The position numbers were made by a program, and so were the translations under genes. DNA of 64,000 bases from NCBI GenBank assembly GCA_013239625.1, contig MU056050.1:3954084-4018083 (forward strand), read 5' to 3'. Under the pieces are notes generated by a model that made no database searches, had not been told where the DNA came from, and saw only the letters and a list, made by a program, of their open reading frames with translations. Positions 1 through 12,569 of this stretch are shown here, piece by piece. Positions within the stretch are counted from its first letter, which is position 1. Every line of letters begins with the position of its first letter. The DNA is from Lama guanicoe (lineage: Eukaryota).

Positions 1-104
1 CCTGCATAGGGAGAGAGGGGATGGTGACCTGGAAAGGCACATGCATGCACACACACACACAAACTAAAGCGGGTTTCTTGTGGACAACATTTAGTTGGGT
101 CTTA

Positions 105-2720
105 GTTTTTTTTTTCAGTCCTTTTTTTATTTCTAACTTCACTCCATTGTGATATGGAGTCATATGATTTCAGCTTTTTATACTTATTGAGATTTTTTGG
201 GCCTTACAATTGGTCTATAATTTAAAATGGTTTGTATGTACTTGAGGAGAATGTGTATTCTGCTGTTGCTGGGTGGAATGTCCTATTTATGTCTGTTAGT
301 TCTTGTTGGTTTATAAGTGTTGTTCAGTTCTTCTATTTCCTTGCTGATCTTCTGTCAAGATTTTCTATCTGTTCTTGAAAGTGGGGTTTTAAAATCTCCA
401 ACTATAATTGTAGAACTGTCTTATTTCTCCCTATAATTCTATCAATGTTTGCCTTATATATTTTGAAACTCTGTTGTTTGATTTGATGTATTATAGTCAT
501 TGAAACTTCTCAGTGAGTTGACACTTTTATCAATATGCTATAGCTCTTTTTCTCTTATAATAACTCTTTTATTTAGTTTATTTTTATTATAGTTACTCTA
601 GCTGTTGTGATCATTATTTGGATGAAACATCTTTTTCCATCCTTTCCCTTTTAAGCTATTTGTATCTGTGGATTCAACGTGACTCTTTTATAGACAGCAT
701 ATAGTTAGATTCTATTTTTTTAATCCATTCTTCCTTTTCTGTATATTTTAAATATATTTTCTTAGTGTGTACTATGAGGATTACATTTAATATTCTAAAT
801 TTATGAAAGGTATAACATTCTAGTTTGAATTGATACCAACTAAGCTTGAGTAGCATTCAGAATATCTGCCCCTAGATAGCTCCACCTCTCCCCCTTTATG
901 TTATTTTTGCATCAATTAAGTCTTTATTAATTGTTTGATCATTAACATAGGTTTATAGTTAGTTTTATTATTTGTATTTTAAATCATGTAGGAAATAAAA
1001 GCAGGAGTTATAAACTACAAATACAATAATAGTCGCTCTTATATTTATCTATGTAGTGACATCTATCTCTTCATATGATTTTGAGTTACTGTCTAGTGTA
1101 CTTTTATTTTAGCCTGATACATTTCTTTAGCATGTCTTTTAGGGTATGTTTACTAGTGTTAAACTCATCTGGGAATGTATTAATTTCTCCTTATTTTTGA
1201 AGGGTGGCTTTGCCAGCTATAGTATTCTTGACTGACAGAATTTTTATTTCAGCACTTTAAAAATGTCATCTGACTGCCATCTGTCCTCCATGAGTTCTGT
1301 TGCAAAATGTAGTATTAATTTTATTAAATATGCCTTGTACATGACAAATCACTGGATAATTTCAATTCACCTATCTTCAAGTTCACTGAATCTTTCTTTT
1401 GCCTGCTCAAATATGCTATTAAAAGCTTCTAGTGAGATTTCATTTCAGTTATTGTACTTTTCATGTCCAGAATTTCTATATGGTTCCTTTTTTATAATTT
1501 ACATCTCTTTATTGATATTCTCTACTTGTTTATGCATTGTTATCCTGATTTCCTTTAATTCTTTGTTTACATTTTCCTTTAGTTATTTGAACAGGTAATT
1601 TAACGTCATTTTCTACTAAGTCTAGTGTGTTTATATCCTCAAGGACAGTTTCTCTTAAGTTTTTCTTTGAATGGACCATCATTTTTTGTTCTTTACATGC
1701 TTTGAATTTTTTTTTGAAAACCAGATACTTTTAATATTATGATTTGGTAACTGTGAAATAAAATTCTTTCTTAGTCTTTGAATTTGTTACTAAAGCTATT
1801 TGTTTAGTGAATTGTTAAAATTATTTTTGTAATATCTGTATTATTTGTCCTATATGGTCTCTGAAGTCTCTGTTACTTTAGTTTGTGTTCACTTTGTGCT
1901 TTGACAGAGATTTACTTGAATGCCAATAGGGAGAGAATGAAAAAAAAAGTCTCCTAGTCTTTGTAGATTGCTTTTGTGCTACAGCATTCTTTCAGTGTCT
2001 AGCTAGGTTATTTACAATTCCATCTTAGCTCTTTCTTCCTGCTTGTACTGAGCCTAACGATCAGTCGTAGTTGAAATCTTAGGTTCTTCTCAGATCTTTT
2101 GTAAGCATGTGTCCTAACCTGTACATGGCATTCTACATTTTCTAGTATATTAGGTATGTTTTCAGTGCTCTAATATTCCAAGGAATCTCTTGCTCCTTGG
2201 CCTGTTTTCCTTGATTTTTGATGTATTTATTGTTTGCCTCAGCTATAATCTGTTGCCTCATGTGGCAGTGCTTTATTCATTTGCCTCTTGCTGTTTTTGA
2301 GGGATGCCCTCTGGGTGCCTACTTTTCTGCCCTGAGAAAATTCTTAGTTAGGTGATATAAATCAAGTCTTTCATGTAGCCTCCAGACAGGTTAGAAAAGA
2401 CAAACACAATGATTAGCAAATAAGACATGCTCTGCTCCCTCTGGAATCAAGGACCAAGCTCCCCTCCTGGAAACTTGGGCACCTGTCTTAAGAAAACTCC
2501 TGTGCTGGAGAGGAGACTGGGTAGGGGCAAATAAAATATCACAAAGCTTTCCTACTATTTTTAAGTTGGCTTTTTCTGGGTTCCTCATTTGCTTGTTTGC
2601 TGTAAACCTTTGACTGCTTTCCAGAGTCCTAATAAAGTTGGTTCTGTTTTGCTTGGTTTTCCAGTGTTTCTGTGGAGAGATGGACTCTTGAAGCTACCTA
2701 CTCTGCCATGTTTGCTAACG
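105..2720 (-). mobile_element. Old L1M LINE-1 5' part (ORF2 endonuclease region, ORF1, 5'UTR), decayed
   Basis: T-rich antisense L1 text such as gagaatgtgtattctgctgttgctgggtggaatgtcc (ORF2 EN). An antisense ORF1-like stretch at ~1130-1600 is followed by a 5'UTR ending ctactctgccatg near 2700. Confidence 0.85.
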
Positions 2721-2729
2721 ATACTGTCA

Positions 2730-3570
2730 AGACTTTTTTTGTCTTTATTTTTCAGAAGTGTGACTGTGCTGGATCCTGCATGGCTATGTTTCAGTGTATT
2801 CTATTTGGAGTTCAGTCAACTTCTTGAATCTATAAGTTTATGTCTTTTGCTGAATTTGGGAGGTTTTCTGCCATTGTTTCTTTTCAGTCTCACTTATTCT
2901 GATAAAAAGTTAGATCTTTTGTTACTGATCATTGTTTTGCTCGTTTTTTTCAGTCTGTTTTTTTCTCTGTTGTTCAGATTGAATAAATTCTGTTGATCCA
3001 TCTTCAACTTTTCTGTTTACTGATTGTATTTTCTGCCATCTCTAGTCTGCTACTGAGTAGAGTTTTTAAAATTTTGGTCATTGCATTTTTTAGTTCTATA
3101 ATTTCCACTTGGATTCTTTTTTTACAACTTCTATTTCTTTGCTGGAATTATCTATTTTTCCTTTGTTTTAAGAGAATCTGTAATTAATTGTTGAGGCATT
3201 TTTATGACTGCTGCTTTAAAATGCTTTTCAGATAATTCTAACGTGATTCATCTCAGTGTTAGCATCAGTTAATTGTTGTTTCTCATTCAGATTATGAGTT
3301 TCTTGGTTCTTGATGTAAGAAGTGATTTTTAACTATATCCTGGACATACTGATTATTATATTAGATTTTTGATCCTATTTATTTAACCCTGTTTAGGTTG
3401 AGCATGTAGATTCTGTCCACTTTTGTGGACTTTAGTTCCAATAATAATTTAGTTTTCTGAACTTTTGCAGTGTTATCTAGTCTACGTCATTCATCCAAAG
3501 CCACAGGGACTCCCACTCATTCCCTGATAGTGCCTACTGACAGTGCAGAGGGTGCTTCCCTGGGCCTGTG
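2730..3570 (-). mobile_element. Second old L1M fragment (ORF1/5' end)
   Basis: Antisense ORF1-like text (cttcttgaatctataagtttatgtcttttgctgaatttgggagg; ttttagttctataatttccacttggattc). Confidence 0.75.
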
Positions 3571-3586
3571 CCCTGTTATCTTATCC

Positions 3587-4240
3587 ATTATAGGGATAAA
3601 TAAAAACTTAATTTTTCATTTTGCCAAAGTGGAAAGAGACTGTTTCCCCCTACCCTATTTTTTCCTTATAGCTTTTCTATATGAAAATCTTATGGTGTTC
3701 AATTCTTTCTCTGACTTAACCTTTTGATATGCATGTACATCTTTTTAGAGGCTTAGTAACCCTATTGCCGCGTTTAGAGCCTAGGAATTTTTTTAAAGTG
3801 TCTGGGAGTCATCCCTTTGAAATGTAAACATTTACAAGGATAGCACCTCTAGCTCCCTGTCACAGTGGGAGTTTAAGCTAGGCACCTTGCTCTGAGCTAC
3901 AACCACCTGCTTGTCATAGAGATAAGAAGTTTTAATATACCTTTGGATAAATGCAATTAACTAAAACAAATGGTTACTGTAATTCCCAAGTGAACTTAGA
4001 ATGAACATTATGAAAAAATTTGTAGCAAATGATGGTGTTAAGTCCTGTTAGAGAGGACTTGAGAACACATGTACATAATGGGTTATGACTATTTGGCTGT
4101 ATAAATGGGGTGGAATTTCTTTGGCTTACCTATGAGGTTTTGTAATCTGGATATACTTATTCAATAATAAAACTTTCTATCTTCTCTACATTTTGAGGAA
4201 TAGAGTCTCTAGGTTGGCAGGATTGTTATTTCTCCAAAAC
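3587..4240 (+). mobile_element. ERV1-class solo LTR (MER4/MER34-group-like)
   Basis: LTR-like text (ctgggagtcatccctttgaaatgtaaaca), TATA-like tataaa at ~4100 and AATAAA at ~4166, followed by a U5-like tail. Confidence 0.65.
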
Positions 4241-5469
4241 TATATACCCATGACCTGGTTATGATTCTATGAATATTTAAATGACACACTTGCCAGAATT
4301 CAGCCAGGGAGAGTGCTTTTCATCTCCAGGTGTTTAATTACTTGGCATTCCAAACCCATTGAATCCTCCTGAGTGATCTCCTCCCTGAACTACAGTGTTC
4401 CAAATTCCATCTACTGTGTTATCCTGGGCTTCTGCCAGTGTGAAATGGAAATACCCTGTAACAGCAAAATAACAACCCAATGAATAAATGCACATGTGAA
4501 AGGAGGAAATGTAAAACAATGTTACTGGCTAGAGGAAATATATTTTTGTCTCTTACACTAGATCAGATTAACCAATTCTGCTCTACTTTTCTGATTTTAT
4601 TTTGTTTGTTCTACATTAAACTAGTTTTAGTGTACTCTCAGTAGTACTTTTAACTTTTGACTCCTCAGTCATAATTAAATGCAGGTAATACTTGAGAATA
4701 TATGACCTCCTGTAAGAATTAGAGTTTATATAAAATTTGGCATAAGTTTTGTATTATGCAAGTTGATGCTTATGCTGTACTTATACACTAGAGTTCCTGG
4801 AAAAATCAAATTTGAATTTTTGATATGGAAATTACTGAAAAATGAATTGTTGCATAAAGCTTAGATTTTTCAAATTAAGAAAATGTACAATTTGCTCTAA
4901 CAATTTTATGGAGAAATATCCTTTTTTGTTTTAATATGATTAAAATTAAATATGCTCATACCTTTATCCCCTGCATTGACAAACTAGAATGTTAAAAAGT
5001 AAAACATTTCAAATTAATTTAAAATACCTTTAGCATCATTCAAATTTTTGCCATTTTCATGTTATAAAATCTGAATTTTAATTAAAATGGTATTAGAGAA
5101 ATTTCCAGTTTATGAAAAATGGAAACAAATGGATTTTGTTACAAGAATGAGGCAAATGCTTAGTACAGAAGCTGCAGTACATCCTAATAGCTAATGCCAA
5201 TTCTCAGGGTGTGTTAGGTTACTATAAAATCAGTGCTCATTCAAGTTGAACTGCTTGTGACTTCCACATGCATACTGTAGTTGGAATTTAGGATTACAGT
5301 GAGGCACTGTATTACTATAAGGCACTACAAGACTATGAAGTATATCACGAAAAGTTTAATTTATATTTAGTCTAGTGGAGTTATGTATATTTAAATACTT
5401 TCTAATTTTACTGATTATATACTCTTATGGAAAGATTGTAGAATGTGTATATTTTCTGGAATCAACATG

Positions 5470-5648
5470 GGGAGAAAACATTCAGAAGGGCTACCCTTTG
5501 TTGACTGAAAAAGTAGAAGTTCCACAGCCTTCATAGGGTGCTTTTATTTCATGTCTCACACGTCCCACTTAATGTATGACCTGCTTCAGAAATAATTATT
5601 TCCATTTATAGTTACCCTTCAACTATGCCTCCACTGATTTTCCTCTGT
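5470..5648 (+). repeat. Local dispersed direct repeat, copy 1 (~175 bp)
   Basis: Aligns with 6256-6428; 48 bp are identical at 5484-5531 and 6270-6317. Confidence 0.95.
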
Positions 5649-6255
5649 CCTCCTATTTCAAGGTGGACTGTTGGTTTTCTTGGACTTCTGCGCAGTTCTT
5701 GTTCCTTCACTGTTGACCTGAAAATCATCTTTATTGCTCTACAGGAACTATGCAATTTGTGGCTGCCCAATATCTTTTGAAAATCCCCTTCCCATTTTAG
5801 TAGTTTTCTAACGTTGCCTTTCACATGTAGAAATTGAAACAAATTTCAGTATCCCTTTTTTAACAGATTATACTCATGTGACTAGCTTCTACCAAGCATA
5901 TGACTAGCTTCTCTTGTGCCTGAGTGATATATGGAATGCAGAGGTAGAGATCTGAGGTTGTGCGGCTCTCTCAACAAGCAGGGGCATCATGAATACAAGC
6001 ATTTTGCTTATATTTGGCAGCAGAGATAAATTATGAGAAACAATCACTTCTATCCATTTGCCACCAAGATATTTCCCCTGGTAAATATCTCATTCTTGTA
6101 GAGACTCCTTTCTCTCAAATGATGTTTCTACTGCATCCTGTCACACTCAGATTTACCTATTTCTTCTCATTCAAACTATAGAGGCCACTTCTGTTTCCTC
6201 CTTTTCTGTTTTGAAATATATATTCTTGTTTGACAAGTATTTCCAGGTCTCCAAA

Positions 6256-6428
6256 GGGAGAAAGCATTTAGAAGGGCTACCCTTTGTTGACTGAAAAAGT
6301 AGAAGTTCCACAGCCTTGATAGGGTGGTTTTATTTTGTGTCTCCCACGCCCGACTTAATGTATGACTTGCTTCAGAAATATTATTTCCATTTACTACCCT
6401 TCAACTATGCCTATGCTGATTTCTCTGT
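6256..6428 (+). repeat. Local dispersed direct repeat, copy 2 (~175 bp)
   Basis: Aligns with 5470-5648 at an offset of 786 bp. Confidence 0.95.
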
Positions 6429-7897
6429 GCTTTGCATTGCTTTTCTCACAAAATACTCAGCTTCTTTCTGTCAGTTATTTCCAAGGAATTTTTGTCCAAG
6501 TCAGGAATTTAAGAAATCTTGTGTTTTAAACTGCTGTGGATTTTTTTTTGTAGTCATTGTTTATTGATTTTGTAAACTATTCATGACATAGGAAGGACAA
6601 GAAAGAATGATCTGTAACAAGCCATTCTGAATAAAATCATTCATAGAGAAGAAGGTCAGGAATGGTTTGTTTCAGAAAGGTACTCAATTCTCCCCACCCC
6701 ATTCCTTAACCATACATTATCTCTGCTTTTGCTAGACCTTAGTTAAAACTAAAACTCAGTCCCATTAAAGGCAAGGGTATTATTATCATTAGAGAAATCT
6801 TTTGCAGTTATAATTATGAGGGTCTTTGACCCTTCACATTAGAATATACTTTGTATATAAAGTGACAGGCTAATTTGGCTAGAGCAAGTCTCTGTGTAAG
6901 CTAATTACATGTGGTAATTTTGCCTGAAAGGAGACTGACTTGAAAGTGAATCCAATTTAACGGTGAGGAGATTGTTATAAGAAACATTTCATTGTGGGCT
7001 TGGAAGTCCCTTAAAGTGCTAATTTTTCACTTGAATAACCATATTGCCATAGTGAGGATTTTTCAAATTACTTAATATTTGTGAGATATTATTCGAACTA
7101 AGAAAAAATAAAGGCAAATAGTGAGAATTTTTTTAATTTTCTGGGGACAATTTAGGCGTCTATCTAATTATTATTCACACACATTAAAATTAGCTTCTGT
7201 TTCTCTCTTCCCACTTGTTCTTAAGATATGGTGGGCCACCTTGCTCCATTAAAGGACAAATCTAATTTCTTAATTACATATTCAATTCAGAAGGAGCATG
7301 GTTTGTCCATTTTATCAATCTTTCTGAGTTTTGCTTTTTAAAAATATAATCTCCTCTCTCAGGCGTTTTAATAATCATTTCTCAGAAAATCATTACATGC
7401 AGCTAGCAGCTATTGCATGGTGAGTTGAAATATGGCAAGTGCAAGCAGAAAGGGCAGAAGAAATTCTTTAAGGAGGACTGGGAGTGTGGCTTTAAACACT
7501 GTTGTCTGGCTGCGGATGGCTAGGCAAAGGAGCTCTTTGGAGCACAGTAATCGAGATCAGGGTCTTTTTTTTTTTTTTCCTCCATCAAAGACTTTAATAT
7601 AAATCCAGGTCAAATCCAATACAAACCCTGCAAATGGCAGCCACAGGTTTGTATTGTACTTTACACAATATTGGGGTTTATATAATGTAGAAAGCTAGCA
7701 GGGATACTGGCCAGCTTCAGAGCTGAGCAGGACATCGTGACCTATTTGAGGACCACCAAGTATACCACCTGTTCTAAAATTTTCTTTCCTTTTGAGTTAC
7801 CCCTGTTCTTAGAGCCTCTGTCATAAGTTATTCCATTGTGTTAAAGCCTAAGACTTCCAGAAAGTCCCTGTAAAATTGCAGATCTTCTCTGGGAACG

Positions 7898-8332
7898 TGT
7901 AGCGTGTACTATGATGATCTACTCAACTCTTCCCTTCAGGAAGACACAGTAATGACCCCAGCTGTTTGGAGAGTTTGTGACTAATGGCTCTCACCTGAAT
8001 CTCTTTCTATGACTTGACCTCGGTGAAAGATCACTGTCTCACTGAAAACTTTCTCTCTTCCATGGGGTCAGTTCAAATCCAGTGACTTCAAAAATGGAGC
8101 ATAAAGACCTGACCTTCTTGTCTCATGGCAGAAGAACTCTGAAGGGCCATTCCAGCTCCAGAGTTCCCTATAGGATCAGCTGAGACCACTGATGCAACTC
8201 CTCACAATTCTACTTCTCCCAATGCTCAGCCCTGCTTCCCTCCCCACTCATAAGTGTTGTTACCCAATAAACCTCCTGCAAGCAACTCTGAGAGTCTCAG
8301 GATCTGTTTCCAGAGGAACCTAACATAAAAGA
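7898..8332 (+). mobile_element. ERV-L LTR (LTR16/ERV3-16A3-type), 5' LTR of a truncated provirus
   Basis: Starts tgtagcg and carries LTR16-type text (aactctgaagggccattccagctccagagttccc; caataaacctcctgca; tctgtttccagaggaaccta). ERV-L internal sequence follows directly. Confidence 0.8.
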
Positions 8333-10350
8333 ATTGATGTTAGGATGTTTCCTGGGAACAGACTCTAAGTGTGATGGATAACTGGTAGCACATGAATAAC
8401 TGACAGCCCCTGGCGTGTGATTGTTGTACAGCACTTAAACGTTTCATCGGTGATAAACTGGGATGAAATGCTGAAGGGTCTGATGTCCCAGGTGTTTGAG
8501 AGTTTTGAGGGGGAGTGGTGAGAGAGACTATGAGAACTTTTTAACAACATGGCAGTGCTAGGGATCACCTATGCACTGGAGAGAGACAATGAAAAGCTGA
8601 GGATGATTAATAAGCAATATAAGGTGAAGTGTGAAAGCCAGAGAATTTCCTTGGCAGCATATAAAGAGACTCTCATCTCCTGAACCTGGAGGGCAGAAAA
8701 TGGAGACAATCAGGCCCAGTAGTTATTTGTAAGATTATCAGCACTCCAGAAGGTTGAATTCTTATCCCAGATAGACCTGATATATCAAAGTCAGGACCCT
8801 GATTGGGAAAGGTTGTATTCTCAAGACTTGGGATGAGGACATCTGCATTGGTGCACTTGAGAATCTTATAATCACCTTGAACACTGTGCGTCTACAAAAA
8901 TAGCCCACTTTTCCATGTTGAAGGCATCCCATCACTTTGCTTAAAAACAACCAAGAGGACCATCCCCTCCAAGGCAATACCTTGCCCCTTCAAGATCTAC
9001 CTCCACATCCCCTGGCCAACAGACCAATAATTAGAGTCAAGTTACAACACAAACTAGTTAAAGAAGTGCTAGGCATTCTAAAGAATACAAGTGGCTATAT
9101 GCTGAAATTGCTACAGGATCTAGCCAACATGTACCAGAATGAACTCAGAATATGTTAATGGACTGGATCCCAAGGGTATTGGTTCAAATAAGACAAAATA
9201 AAAAGTTAGATAAGGAAGAGTGTATCAGGATAAGGTCATTCTCTTCTAATAGAGGATTTAATATCTTCACAAAGACCATGGGAAATGGTGCTAATACACT
9301 GCTAGGTGGCCTCTTGTAGGCTTGGGGAAAGTAATACTTTGCACAGAGTGAAGTATAAATGCCAGGGCTTACCTGGAAAACACTGGAGGAAAGAATGAAA
9401 GAATTAGAGAAATGGCCATTCTGATATATATATACCATATAAATCAGGAAAACCCTCCAGGTAGCTATATTTTGTAGGAAATTCCAGCAGACACCCCACC
9501 GACAAAAGTGGTAAGGAATACACTGGTTTGGGGGCACAAGTTTTGTTGAGAAGCTCAGATATGGCTATCCTCTGAAGTCCTTGGCTGAGAGTAGGAGATA
9601 CTATTATAGAACTGACCTTGATTATCAATGGATATGATAGAATCCCAAAATCATAGATGCCAAATAGTGGTATGTAATCATCAGAAGCAAGGTGGGTATG
9701 ATACCGTAGTAATAGGCGGGATCAAAACGGTAGCCTATAGGACCTGATCTACAGAGCTACAGTGATGATTAATAGAACACAGTATTCCCAGGGGCAATCT
9801 AAATGGGCAAACAGGGTGTTGCCCAATCTATACACCCCAATATAATCAAGTATTGATGATTATGAGGCTGAGGCAGCTGCTTCAATAGCAAGTCATGATC
9901 CTAGTTTTGGAATGTAAGCAAATTCTCAGGCCAAGATCCACTGACTAAAGGGGATGCCAGTCCTCCATGAAGAAGAACTTTGAAATGCCAGTGTGTATGG
10001 TATTGATTCCCCAGTCCTTCTCTAAAGGGACCTATGACCATTTGCTTGTGTAGTTGTACATTGGGGAAAAGGGAATATTCAACATTTAAAGGACTGTTGG
10101 ACCCAGAATATGAGTTGACATTGATACCCACATATCCAAAGTGCTAGCATAGATCCCAGTCTAGATTGGGGGGCATATAGAGGACAGGTAATAAATAAAT
10201 TGCCCTCCAATGTCTGAATCATTGTGTGTCTACTGGGTCCAGTAGACTTGCCAGGTGGTCGTATTCTGATCCCCAAATTTATAATTGACATATTTTAGAG
10301 TTGGCACAACTGTCGCATTGGTTCCTTGGTCTGTGGCTCATGAGCTGGCA
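8333..10350 (+). pseudogene. Decayed ERV-L internal region: gag and protease, with stops and frameshifts; no pol or 3' LTR
   Basis: ORF 8937-9158 (PPHPLANRPIIRVKLQH...LQDLANMYQ), followed by WDWIPRVL and KLDKEECIRIRSFSSNRGFNIF, resembles ERV-L Gag. 10082-10129 reads TFKGLLDPEYELTLIP, a degenerate form of the ERV-L protease motif LLDTGSELTLIP. Confidence 0.85.
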
Positions 10351-11836
10351 TAGTTCTGATATTCTATGCTTCTGCTGCTTTTGAGAACTTATGAACATAG
10401 GAAATGAACAATGGAAATAGAAACTGTCAATATAATGGTCTAATGTGTTGTTTTAGAACAAGTAATTATCCTCCATATATTTAACTCCCAAGCTTAGAGA
10501 TAAACCAAGATATCCCTGGCTTTTTAAACCAATCCAAAACCCACTATGAATTGGTCAGCCAGTAGCACATTTATTCATTCTTTTCTTCACAAAAACAAAT
10601 ATTTATTGAGAACTCTGAGGTACTATTCTAGACGTTAGGTTAAATGAGAAGTAAAAACACTGAAACCCTTGTTGAGTTAGGGTATAATTTCTAACTGATA
10701 CTACTTTCCTGGGTTAGTTTTTTTAAACAACTCCTTCAAACTTCAAAGAGGGAATTGTACATTTACTACTCAAGCCTTTATTGGGTCAGATCAAGTTCAT
10801 TATATCCAAATATAATTTGTAAAATTTTATTTCTGTAAATGATGCAAAACACTTATTTTTATATTGTAGTAATAACAATGTGTATATAATATGCTGCTTT
10901 GTCTTTGACTAGTCTGGAAATAGTGATCTGATAAGATGAGATTGATGAATGGTCAGAAGGGAGAAAAACATCTACTTTTAGCTTTCAGAAAAAAATAATT
11001 TCACAAAATGATTAACTACAAGCTAAAAACATTTGCAGAATAAAAATAGAGTTGCCTCATTAGGATCAGTAACAATGTGTACATTTATTTCCTTGTAATC
11101 CCTCTTCTGTCATATTCATTTAGCAGAATCTCTGATTTGACTTACACAATTTATATGACTTTCTATTACTAAAGACCTTCTGTATAACAGACTTTGAAAA
11201 ATGTACAATTAGCAAGGACTGCAGTTTTATAATTTTGTCATTTAACATGGAAAATATTTAAGTGATCAGTGTTTAGATTTAAAAATCTTTAATACCCTTT
11301 GGTATGTAGAATGATTTATTTATATACATAATACATACTATATATAAATTATGCGTGTATTGATTGGTATATGAGATTGTCACCATTAGATTACTGTGTT
11401 CTCCATTGCAGTCATAAAACTGAGTCATTTCAACTCATTTTCATCTAATTGGATGAATACTTCCCTATGTGCATTCAGTGTTTAATTTCTAATTATGTTT
11501 CCCTTGTCTTAGAAACTAAAATGGAAAGGGACATATTTTTCTTTGCTCTCAAATAAACCCTAACCCATGCTAATTTACTTAAAGTGACAATGTATTTTTC
11601 TATTAAATACTGACATAGGATTGGCAGAGACACATTTGTTCATACCCTTCCAAGCAGGGCTAGCCCTTCTTCAATGCTGCCACATTGGATACTCTATTGG
11701 CATACTCTTCATGTTCTGTCATGCTTTCTATTTGTTTCTCTCTCTCCTACAGGATTATAAGCCTCTCAAGGACAGAGATCTCATTCTAGTCATCTGTTGT
11801 TCATTAATATCTAAAATAAGACTGAATGAAAACTGT

Positions 11837-11837
11837 A

Positions 11838-11888
<51 letters not shown>

Positions 11889-11901
11889 AGAGAGAGAGAG
11901 A
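11837..11901. repeat. Compound microsatellite (TG)n(TA)n(GA)n
   Basis: Read directly from the sequence. Confidence 0.97.
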
Positions 11902-12179
11902 TTTCTTTTTCTTACTTTTTCTTCAATATTCTTTTTCTGAATTCAGTATACTACAAACATATCTGTGACTTAAGTAGTATTCACTTTATACTTAAACTGT
12001 TTGGCATTGTTATGTATGTTTTCTTGTGAGATGGCTATATGTCCAACTACATGTTATGTTCCATGAGGGCAGGATTGCACCACAAGCTGGGAGTACCCTG
12101 TCTGTGCTAGTGAAGCCCAGTGTACAGAGCAAGTAAGTTCAGGGACCTTTGGTTTAATAGAAATGTAGTGAATTACAAG

Positions 12180-12345
12180 CCTAAGACCTGAGTTCAAGTC
12201 TAGGCCTACTTTCTTTAACTGGTTATGTAATACTTTGAGCATAGTATAAGCCTAATCTCAAAATGATAAAAATGTATTTTTCCAGGTCTTTGTAGGGGTT
12301 AAATAAAATAAATTTGTAAAAGTACACAATGGGTGCTTATAAATA
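12180..12345 (+). mobile_element. MIR SINE fragment
   Basis: agacctgagttcaagtc...ttgtaggggttaaataaaataaatttgtaaaagt resembles the MIR core and tail. Confidence 0.55.
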
Positions 12346-12569
12346 TCCTTCTTTTAATAAGTATTCATTTAGTACAACAAGGGTAAGAACTTAGAGAAGA
12401 TTCATGAAAGAACTAAAGTTATTTAAAGCAGAGTTGCACTTGGTTATTAGTGTCAACAGGTAAGATTTTGTCTCAGGCCAGCTTCCCTAAGCATATATAT
12501 TCTATTCTCCTTTCCCCTTTAGTCACTCTCTGTTTCTGTTTTCCTCATTGTGAAGTAAATATGTATTAT

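Noticed and set aside
2589..2996. Longest ORF (135 aa, Leu/Phe-rich) and similar hydrophobic ORFs at 1263-1598, 38350-38616 and 39760-39951
   Set aside because: They lie antisense to L1; the T-rich strand gives spurious membrane-like peptides.
5879..5912. 12-bp direct repeat tgactagcttct with period 22
   Set aside because: Most likely a trivial slippage duplication.
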